Shown: positions 40,501 to 48,073 of the stretch, in pieces
Numbering within the stretch: position 1 is the stretch's first letter
How the letters are laid out: every line of letters starts with the position of its first letter
Sequence record: PQ898602.1
Length of the DNA stretch: 64,000 nt
Direction: 5' to 3' (one strand)
The notes under the pieces: generated by a model
Told to the model about the DNA's origin: nothing
Databases searched by the model: none
The model's input: only the letters and a program-made list of their open reading frames with translations
Program-made: the position numbers and the translations under genes

Positions 40501-41940
40501 ATGTCACCACTCAATTCTTACTTTTTGCAAGGATCTCCTGGGGAACAGAGACTTGTCCAGGATTTGATCAATGAACAACTCAAAATGTATGGGCAAGACG
40601 TTCTATACATGCCGAGGAAAATTATTGGCGAAAATACTGTAATTAAAGAGATTACTGCGTCTAAGTTTGACGATAGTTTTCGTATTGAAGCGTATTTGAT
40701 GAACTTTGAAGGATTCTCTGGTAACGGAGAACTCCTGACTCAGTTTGGTATCAGAAATAATGACGAGGTAAATCTTGTTATCTCAAAGGAGAGATATAAC
40801 GAGTTCATCTTACCAAAGATGAGCATGATTCCCCAATCAGAGAGGAAGTCTATAAGTAGACCCGCTGAAGGAGATCTAATCTATTTCCCTCTCGATGAAT
40901 CACTATTTGAAATCAAATATGTAGAAGGTAAGAAACCTTTTTATCAACTACAGGAACTTTATGTTTATGAACTCAGATGTGAGAGATTTGAGTTTGAAGA
41001 TGAGGTTATTGATATTCAGAATCAGGGAGATCTTGGTGAAGAGATCAACGAGTCTGTTAAGGACTTTGGAAATATCTACACTCTGAATATGGTTGGAACT
41101 GCAACAACAATTGCAGAAGCAACTGTCGGATTGAGAACTTCCGATTATACATCCAAGTCTGTTCAGTATATTGATCTAGTCAATGATGGTCATGGATATA
41201 AGTTTGCACCAAATGTTGCAATTTCTACCGCAGGACCTAATGGTGTAACTGCAACGGCAGTTGCAATCATGACGAGTAGAAATCAGAATAATACTGATCT
41301 TTCTATTGATAGAATTCTAATTACTGAACCTGGTTACGGATATACCACTCCACCAAAAGTTACCATCAGTGGTGGTCAAGGTGAAGGTGGTATTGCAACC
41401 GCAGTTATCCGTACTGGAGTCCTTGGTCTGGTTTCCATCTCAACTGGTGGAGTCGGATATACAACAGTTCCACAAGTTATCTTCAGTGGAGTTGCTAGAA
41501 CCGATAACGCAGTTGCAGAGGCAACAATCAATATCAATGGTCAGATTTCTGATGTCAGATATTCCAATGCAGGCGCTGGATACACTTCTGGTAGTGTAGT
41601 TGGTGCAGGTCAGACTATACTTCCTACAATTACATTCACCGATCCATCCAACCCACAATCGTTTGGTGATTACAAGTATGGAATGTTGGTAACTGGTTCT
41701 CAGACAGGAACTGAGGCATATGTGAAAGACTGGAATGCATACACCAGAGTTCTTAAACTTTCTTCCGTTGGAGGAAACTTTGCACTCGGTGAAGCGATTA
41801 CAGGTGCAGGTGTAAGTTATAGACTTGCAAGTATTCAGGACAATGATTTTGCGGATGAATTTGCAGACAACATCGATATCGAGTCTGAAGCAGACGCAAT
41901 TTTAGACTTCAGTGAAAGAAACCCATTTGGTGAGTACTAA
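40501..41940 (+). CDS. g14: Neck protein gp14 (with Ig-like insertion)
   Basis: 479 aa. EQRLVQDLINEQLKMYG, PAEGDLIYFP..LFEIKYVE and DFSERNPFGEY end. Confidence 0.93.
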   Translation: MSPLNSYFLQGSPGEQRLVQDLINEQLKMYGQDVLYMPRKIIGENTVIKEITASKFDDSFRIEAYLMNFEGFSGNGELLTQFGIRNNDEVNLVISKERYNEFILPKMSMIPQSERKSISRPAEGDLIYFPLDESLFEIKYVEGKKPFYQLQELYVYELRCERFEFEDEVIDIQNQGDLGEEINESVKDFGNIYTLNMVGTATTIAEATVGLRTSDYTSKSVQYIDLVNDGHGYKFAPNVAISTAGPNGVTATAVAIMTSRNQNNTDLSIDRILITEPGYGYTTPPKVTISGGQGEGGIATAVIRTGVLGLVSISTGGVGYTTVPQVIFSGVARTDNAVAEATININGQISDVRYSNAGAGYTSGSVVGAGQTILPTITFTDPSNPQSFGDYKYGMLVTGSQTGTEAYVKDWNAYTRVLKLSSVGGNFALGEAITGAGVSYRLASIQDNDFADEFADNIDIESEADAILDFSERNPFGEY

Positions 41941-41943
41941 ATA
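41937..41943 (+). promoter_or_regulatory. Late promoter CTAAATA for g15
   Basis: Overlaps the g14 stop, about 25 nt upstream of the g15 ATG. Confidence 0.65.
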
Positions 41944-41968
41944 ATTGATATAACCTTGGAATCTGATA

Positions 41969-43024
41969 ATGTTAGGAACTTATTATTACCACGAAATTTT
42001 GAGGAAAACCATTGTAGCCTTTGGTACCCTCTTCAATGACATTGAGATCAAACATAGAAACAATGCAGGTGGGGACTTTAGTATTATCAAAGTTCCCATT
42101 GCATATGGACCTGTTCAAAAGTTTCTAGCAAGAATCGAACAATCTCCTAATGTAAGAAAGGAAGTTGCGATTACTTTGCCTAGAATGTCATTTGAAATGA
42201 CTGGATTATCTTATGATCCTTCTAGAAAGTCTTCGACAATGCAGACTTTCAAAGCAATTGATAAAACTTCCAAGAATGCGACAAAGGTATTGATGCCTGT
42301 CCCATACAACATGAGTATGAGACTTTCTATTCTGTCAAAACTCAACGAGGATGCGTTGCAGATTATTGAACAGATTCTTCCAATATTCCAACCACACTTT
42401 AATATAACTGTTGATCTTGTTTCTACCATTGGAGAAAAAAGAGATATTCCAATTACTCTCAATGGTATCACTATGGATGATCAATATGAAGGAGATTTTA
42501 CAACTAGAAGAGCACTGACATATACCCTAGATTTTACAGTTAAAACTTACTTGTTCGGTCCAGTCGCAAGTTCTTCCGATGGTCTCATCAGAGAGGTTCA
42601 GGTTGACTATCATGGAGATCCTGTCAATCGTAAGAATTCTTCTAGAATGCTCAGATACAAGACTGAGGTCAGAGCAATCAAAGACTACGATAGTGACGAA
42701 ACAACTACGATCACCGAGGATCTTAACATCAGAGAAACTGCTATTGATCTGACTTATGCAGGTCAACTAGTAGAGGGTGCATACATCCAAATCGATTCCG
42801 AATCGATGAGAATTAAATCCATCACTGGAAATCAACTATTGGTTGAAAGAGGTGCAGATGGTACAACTATTGCAGAACACGCAGCAGGTACCGCAGTCAA
42901 CGTCATCGATAATAGAGACGATATTCTCATCTCTCTTGATGATGAATTTGGTTTCAGTGAGTATCGTTATGAATACGATAGTGATGGAAAAGTTTTCAGT
43001 CCAAGTAAGGGTCAAGACGTATGA
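41969..43024 (+). CDS. g15: Tail sheath stabiliser/completion protein gp15
   Basis: 351 aa. YYYHEILRKTIVAFGTLFNDI, VPIAYGP.QKFLARI, ITLPRMSFE and RDIPI.L motifs. Confidence 0.93.
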   Translation: MLGTYYYHEILRKTIVAFGTLFNDIEIKHRNNAGGDFSIIKVPIAYGPVQKFLARIEQSPNVRKEVAITLPRMSFEMTGLSYDPSRKSSTMQTFKAIDKTSKNATKVLMPVPYNMSMRLSILSKLNEDALQIIEQILPIFQPHFNITVDLVSTIGEKRDIPITLNGITMDDQYEGDFTTRRALTYTLDFTVKTYLFGPVASSSDGLIREVQVDYHGDPVNRKNSSRMLRYKTEVRAIKDYDSDETTTITEDLNIRETAIDLTYAGQLVEGAYIQIDSESMRIKSITGNQLLVERGADGTTIAEHAAGTAVNVIDNRDDILISLDDEFGFSEYRYEYDSDGKVFSPSKGQDV

Positions 43025-43452
43025 ATTTTGAAGACATCGACAAGGCTTTAGATATTGAGAGTAAACCAGTAGAAACTGAAGTTGTAAAGAAAGAGAAAAA
43101 ACCTGAAATTAAAAAAGTTCACTCTCAGGAGGAACAGATTCAGAAAGATTATGAATATACTCGTGGAAACCTTTACTCTATTATTGAAAAGGGTCAAGAA
43201 GCTATCGATGGTATTTTAGAACTTGCACAGGAATCAGACTCTCCTAGAGCATATGAAGTTGCAGGTCAGTTGATCAAGAGTGTTGCAGATTCAACTGATA
43301 AATTGATGGATCTTCAGAAGAAATTGAAGGATGTCAATAAAGAAGAAAAAGGTGCAACACCTACTAACGTTACTAATAACGCCGTATTTTTGGGTTCAAC
43401 TGCAGAGTTACAAAAGTACTTAAAGAGTTCAATGAAACCCGATACTAAATAA
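43021..43452 (+). CDS. g16: Terminase small subunit gp16
   Basis: 143 aa. DYEYTRGNLYSIIEKGQEAI..ILELAQESDSPRAYEVAGQLIK and NNAVFLGSTAELQK. Confidence 0.92.
   Translation: MNFEDIDKALDIESKPVETEVVKKEKKPEIKKVHSQEEQIQKDYEYTRGNLYSIIEKGQEAIDGILELAQESDSPRAYEVAGQLIKSVADSTDKLMDLQKKLKDVNKEEKGATPTNVTNNAVFLGSTAELQKYLKSSMKPDTK
43445..43451 (+). promoter_or_regulatory. Late promoter CTAAATA for the 724-aa gene operon
   Basis: Overlaps the g16 3' end, about 26 nt upstream of the ATG at 43478. Confidence 0.65.
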
Positions 43453-43477
43453 TAATACGCAAAGTATTAGTATAAGA

Positions 43478-45652
43478 ATGGAAAGGCTTTCTTTTAAAGA
43501 GTGGCAAGTTCTGTCCGACCTAGAAGTACTCGATTCTATTCCCGAGGATTTCGAGTTTGCAATGGCTCGTGGAGAACTCAAAACTATCAAGAGATCTGTT
43601 GATAGAATCATGAAGCACCTCGGCGGCGAAGGTGATCTAGAGGCATGGGTTCAGTCTAAAATTACCAAGGCTAATGATTATCTGAATAGTGTCTCCAACC
43701 ACATGGATGGTGGTGAAGATGATACTAAGAAAGAAGTAAAAGAAGGTAAGTCAAAGTGCGACTGCGATTGTGGTAAGGTTCCTTGCGTAGAGTGTGGTGG
43801 TGATCATCACAAAAATGAACTCAAGGAAGAGAAGTGTGGTGATGGAATGTATTACTGCAAGACCAGTAAGAAGTGTAAGAAGATCCCCAAGGGTCATCGT
43901 GTCGGTAAAGACGGAATGCTTGTAAAGGGTGTCCGTTGGCAGGATTCGGATGGCGATGGTAAGTGGTACGAACCAGGTGATGATGTCTCTGAAGGCGTTA
44001 TGCCAGAACCCATTGATCCTAAGAAGCACAGGGATGCACAAAAGAAACAAAAGATGAGGAATCTTGCCATCGGCAATGAGAATCCTAATGAGAAGAAAGT
44101 TGCAGAAAAGAAAGCAGGCGGACCCAAGATGATTGGTGAAGGTGCAGTAGAAGATCTAGAAAAGGGAATGGAAACTCTTAAGTCCATTACCTATGATTCT
44201 ATTGATGGTCTGATGAAGAGAATCGCAGAAGATCATGACATCTCTACGACCAAACTTCATTACATGTTTAAAGCAAAGCATGACATGACACCCGATGATT
44301 GGGCAGAGAAGAATCTCAAAGAAGAAATGTCTAACTGGAGACAGGACTTGGATGAGAAGTGCTGGAAGGGTTATGAGAAGAAAGGTATGAAGACCATGTT
44401 TGGTAAGAGATATCCAAACTGCGTCAAGAAAGAAGAAGTTGAACAGATTCAGGAAAAACCAGGTGATGGTTATCTTGGACCAACAATGAAAGTAGGTGGT
44501 TCTGAAGTTGGTGTTCCCAACCCTATTCGTATTGCTAAGGATGCTGCAGATAATACAAACAGGGCAAACCAAAGAAAGGTAGATGCAGTTAAAGCTCATG
44601 GCGGAACCGCATCAATGCCTCCATACAAACTCCATAACAAACAAACTAGTAAAGCTAGTCAAACACTTTTTGGAATGCAGAAGCAGTCCTATGAACCACA
44701 AGGTGAGGTAATCGGTGAAGAAGGTGATAACAAAGTTACACCAATTAATAAAAAGAAGAGGATGGATGCTAAGAAGCAAGCCACCAAAGATATGAGTAAA
44801 GAACCATATGATACCAATACTGCTAGAAGGAGGGCTAAGGGTCAAGGGATCCTGGATAATCTGCTGGGAAAGCCCCCAACGACTGAAGAAGTCGTTTTAG
44901 AAAAGAGAGATGGTAAATCTGCCAAGTCCAAGGGTTATTCCCTCCGTGACTGGTTCAAAGGTGGTGGATGGGTACAAGCAGGTGGTAAGTACGATGGAAA
45001 ACCATGTGCAAAGCAACCAGGTCAAACCACAAAACCTTTCTGTCGTGATGCAGACGATCGTGCTGCAATGACTAAAGACGAGAGGGAAAAGAGAGCTGCA
45101 AAGAAACGCAGAGAAGATCCAAATCCAGAAAGAAAGGGTAAGGCAAAGATCGTCACCGCAGAGGAAGTAGTTGCCGAAAAGAAAGATGCTTGCTATCATA
45201 AGGTCAAATCACGTTACTCCGTGTGGCCTTCTGCATATGCATCTGGTGCTCTAGTCAAGTGTCGCAAAGTCGGTGCAAAGAACTGGGGCAACAAAACCAA
45301 AAAAGAAGGTTATGAATTTTCTGATTGGAGAGATGATTTCAAACCAACAGAAATTCAATCATTCGACATCGTAAAGGCAGAACCTCTGGTTGATGTTAAT
45401 TCCATCACCGAACCCGTACAATTGGCAACAGAAGATTATCAAAGACTACAATCTACTGGTAACGTTTTCTGTATAATGCTAACGTGGAGAGGTCAACCTT
45501 ATAAGGTGCAACTTTTCTTCCCAGGTGGGTCTAGACCTTCCAGAGAAGAAGTCAAGGGTGAAGTAGATAAACTTTATCCTGGTGCAGTAATCTCGCATTA
45601 CTATCCAGCTCCTACTGACCCCACTCAACCAATTGTAGTTATTCAGAGGTAA
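43478..45652 (+). CDS. Modular Lys/Cys-rich hypothetical protein (candidate internal head polyprotein)
   Basis: 724 aa made of short modules (AWVQSKITKA; KCWKGY..KG.K...GK..PNCVK; SLRDWFK..GWVQ; DACYHKVK.RY.VWPSAYASGALVKCRK) separated by [ILV]-x-E motifs. Confidence 0.8.
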   Translation: MERLSFKEWQVLSDLEVLDSIPEDFEFAMARGELKTIKRSVDRIMKHLGGEGDLEAWVQSKITKANDYLNSVSNHMDGGEDDTKKEVKEGKSKCDCDCGKVPCVECGGDHHKNELKEEKCGDGMYYCKTSKKCKKIPKGHRVGKDGMLVKGVRWQDSDGDGKWYEPGDDVSEGVMPEPIDPKKHRDAQKKQKMRNLAIGNENPNEKKVAEKKAGGPKMIGEGAVEDLEKGMETLKSITYDSIDGLMKRIAEDHDISTTKLHYMFKAKHDMTPDDWAEKNLKEEMSNWRQDLDEKCWKGYEKKGMKTMFGKRYPNCVKKEEVEQIQEKPGDGYLGPTMKVGGSEVGVPNPIRIAKDAADNTNRANQRKVDAVKAHGGTASMPPYKLHNKQTSKASQTLFGMQKQSYEPQGEVIGEEGDNKVTPINKKKRMDAKKQATKDMSKEPYDTNTARRRAKGQGILDNLLGKPPTTEEVVLEKRDGKSAKSKGYSLRDWFKGGGWVQAGGKYDGKPCAKQPGQTTKPFCRDADDRAAMTKDEREKRAAKKRREDPNPERKGKAKIVTAEEVVAEKKDACYHKVKSRYSVWPSAYASGALVKCRKVGAKNWGNKTKKEGYEFSDWRDDFKPTEIQSFDIVKAEPLVDVNSITEPVQLATEDYQRLQSTGNVFCIMLTWRGQPYKVQLFFPGGSRPSREEVKGEVDKLYPGAVISHYYPAPTDPTQPIVVIQR

Positions 45653-45657
45653 TTTAA

Positions 45658-45825
45658 ATGGACGACAAAATCGAACTCTCAAACTTAAGTAAAGCGCTCG
45701 AGTTTGAGAAACAATCTAGGGAAATTGATAAAATGACTCTAACTGAAGCGAGAGAGTTCGCAAAGTCCTACCTCAAACTTTACTTCAAGCAACAAGAAGT
45801 AGTAATGTCAATCGCAAATATGTAA
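45658..45825 (+). CDS. 55-aa NblA-like protein (possible phycobilisome degradation adaptor), not in the ORF track
   Basis: Manual translation: MDDKIELSNLSKALEFEKQSREIDKMTLTEAREFAKSYLKLYFKQQEVVMSIANM. GAGGT Shine-Dalgarno at 45646-45650. Exactly fills the gap between neighbouring genes. Aligns by eye in register with cyanobacterial NblA. Confidence 0.55.
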   Translation: MDDKIELSNLSKALEFEKQSREIDKMTLTEAREFAKSYLKLYFKQQEVVMSIANM

Positions 45826-45826
45826 G

Positions 45827-46102
45827 ATGAATGTAGTAAAAATCCTAGGCACGTCAACCCAGGTTAATGCAGGGTCTGGATCATCAGTTCCTAATGGAGA
45901 TGGTATTGGTGCAGAATATGTAATGATTCAACATAGTCACTCTTCTGATCGTGTAATTGAAGTTAGAACAGGTGCTGGCGTAACATATGGAAGTTTTCAT
46001 ATGGCTGGAAATAATCCCATCATTATACATAAACAAAGAGACGAGTTAGTTTATTCATCTGCAGCTGATGTATATGCAACTTCGGTAGCACATATGGGAT
46101 AA
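45827..46102 (+). CDS. Small hypothetical protein upstream of the terminase
   Basis: 91 aa, beta-rich. Starts 1 nt after the upstream stop and ends 7 nt before g17. Confidence 0.75.
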   Translation: MNVVKILGTSTQVNAGSGSSVPNGDGIGAEYVMIQHSHSSDRVIEVRTGAGVTYGSFHMAGNNPIIIHKQRDELVYSSAADVYATSVAHMG

Positions 46103-46109
46103 TTTTTTT

Positions 46110-47759
46110 ATGACTGATCAGGTATATCTTGGTAACCCCAATCTGAAAAAAGCCAACGTTGCAGTTGAGTTTACTCAGGAACAGGTTATTGAATTTATTA
46201 AGTGCAAAGAGGATCCCGTTTATTTTGCAAAAAACTACATCAAGATCGTTTCTCTTGATGAAGGTGAGATCCCCTTTAACATGTATAAGTTCCAAGAAAA
46301 ATTAATTGAGAACTTCCATAATAATAGATTTAATATCTGTAGAATGCCTCGACAGACGGGTAAGTCCACTACATGTGTGTCTTACCTTTTGCATTATGCA
46401 GTGTTTAATGATAATGTAAATATTGCAATTCTTGCTAACAAAGCTTCCACCGCACAGGACCTTCTCGGAAGGTTACAATTTGCGTATGAGAAGTTACCTA
46501 AATGGATGCAACAGGGTATTGTATCTTGGAACAAACGATCGCTTGAACTGGAGAATGGATCAAAGATTATCGCCGCGTCTACTTCTGCATCTGCTGTCCG
46601 TGGTGGCTCCTATAATGTCATCTTTCTGGACGAGTTCGCATTCATCCCGAATCACATTGCTGATGACTTCTTTGCCTCTGTTTATCCTACTATCTCGTCA
46701 GGTAAGTCTACAAAAGTCCTAATCGTTTCTACCCCTAAGGGTATGAACCACTTCTACCGCATGTGGCATGATGCGGAGAAAGGGAAGAACGAATATATTC
46801 CAACTGATGTCCATTGGTCTGAAGTCCCAGGTAGGGATGCGAAGTGGAAAGCACAGACCATTGCAAACACATCTGAACAACAATTCAAGGTTGAGTTTGA
46901 GTGCGAATTCCTTGGATCTGTTGATACTCTGATCTCAGCACCTAAGTTGAGGTCGATGACTTATGACGATCCAATCAAGAGAAACGCAGGGTTGGACGTT
47001 TATAAGGAACCAATTAAAGATCACAACTACATCATGACTGTTGACGTTGCTCGTGGTGTAGAAAAAGATTACTCAGCATTTACCATTTTTGATACGACAG
47101 AATTTCCATATCAACTTGTAGCAAAATATAGGAACAATCAAATCAAACCGATGTTGTTCCCAAACATCATTAAAGATGTTGCAATATCATATAATAGAGC
47201 ATTCGTTTTAGTTGAAGTTAATGACCTAGGAGAACAAGTAGGTCAGATTCTTCATATGGATCTCGAATACGATAATATCCTGATGTGTTCCATGAGAGGG
47301 CGTGCGGGTCAGATTGTTGGTCAAGGATTCTCTGGTAAAAAATCCCAGATGGGAGTCAAGATGTCCAAGACTGTCAAAAAGACAGGATGCATGAATCTCA
47401 AGACTCTGCTTGAAGATGATAAACTTATTATTAACGACTACGATATTATTAGTGAACTAACTACTTTCATTCAAAAGTCAAATTCATTTGAAGCGGAAGA
47501 TGGATGTAACGACGACCTTGCAATGTGTCTAGTTATTTTTGCATGGTTGGTCATGCAAGATTATTTCAAGGAGATGTCCGATCAGGATGTCCGTAAGAGA
47601 ATCTATGAAGATCAGAGGGATCAAATTGAAGCAGACATGGCACCATTTGGATTCATCTCTGATGGTTTAGAAGGTGGAGAAAGTTTTATAGATGAGAATG
47701 GTGATAGATGGCATATGGATGAATATGGTGATCAATCATATATGTGGGAGTTCAACTGA
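46110..47759 (+). CDS. g17: Terminase large subunit gp17
   Basis: 549 aa. YLGNPNLK, MPRQTGKST Walker A, VIFLDEFAF Walker B, VSTPKGMNHFY, VDVARGV.KDYSAF and DDLAMCL nuclease motifs. Confidence 0.98.
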   Translation: MTDQVYLGNPNLKKANVAVEFTQEQVIEFIKCKEDPVYFAKNYIKIVSLDEGEIPFNMYKFQEKLIENFHNNRFNICRMPRQTGKSTTCVSYLLHYAVFNDNVNIAILANKASTAQDLLGRLQFAYEKLPKWMQQGIVSWNKRSLELENGSKIIAASTSASAVRGGSYNVIFLDEFAFIPNHIADDFFASVYPTISSGKSTKVLIVSTPKGMNHFYRMWHDAEKGKNEYIPTDVHWSEVPGRDAKWKAQTIANTSEQQFKVEFECEFLGSVDTLISAPKLRSMTYDDPIKRNAGLDVYKEPIKDHNYIMTVDVARGVEKDYSAFTIFDTTEFPYQLVAKYRNNQIKPMLFPNIIKDVAISYNRAFVLVEVNDLGEQVGQILHMDLEYDNILMCSMRGRAGQIVGQGFSGKKSQMGVKMSKTVKKTGCMNLKTLLEDDKLIINDYDIISELTTFIQKSNSFEAEDGCNDDLAMCLVIFAWLVMQDYFKEMSDQDVRKRIYEDQRDQIEADMAPFGFISDGLEGGESFIDENGDRWHMDEYGDQSYMWEFN

Positions 47760-47989
47760 TGGATATTGAAGACCAGTTTGAACTTGGTCATCTATTTTTA
47801 GCGCAGAGAACTTGTAGAAGTTGCGGTCAAACTAAAGACTTATTAGATGGATTTTACCTGACGAGAAAGAGTAGAGGCAGTCTGCCATCTGCATATTCAT
47901 ATGAATGTAAAGTCTGTACTATTGATAGGATTACTAAGAGAAGACGTGTTGCAAGAGACCATACACGTTGGGAATATCCTGACTGGTAA
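47759..47989 (+). CDS. Small CxxC...CxxC zinc-finger protein
   Basis: The likely start is the ATG at 47759 (TGATG overlap with g17, GGGAG Shine-Dalgarno), giving 76 aa. RTCRSCGQTK...FY...YECKVC motif. Confidence 0.72.
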   Translation: MDIEDQFELGHLFLAQRTCRSCGQTKDLLDGFYLTRKSRGSLPSAYSYECKVCTIDRITKRRRVARDHTRWEYPDW

Positions 47990-48030
47990 AGGGTTCATGT
48001 GTTGTTTCCCCTCTGAAAAAGGTCAAAATT

Positions 48031-48037
48031 CTAAATA
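48031..48037 (+). promoter_or_regulatory. Late promoter CTAAATA for g18
   Basis: Intergenic, about 36 nt upstream of the g18 ATG. Lies between the arms of an inverted repeat. Confidence 0.7.
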
Positions 48038-48073
48038 TTAGCAGTCATATGAATCTTCTTCAGAGGGAAAGAC

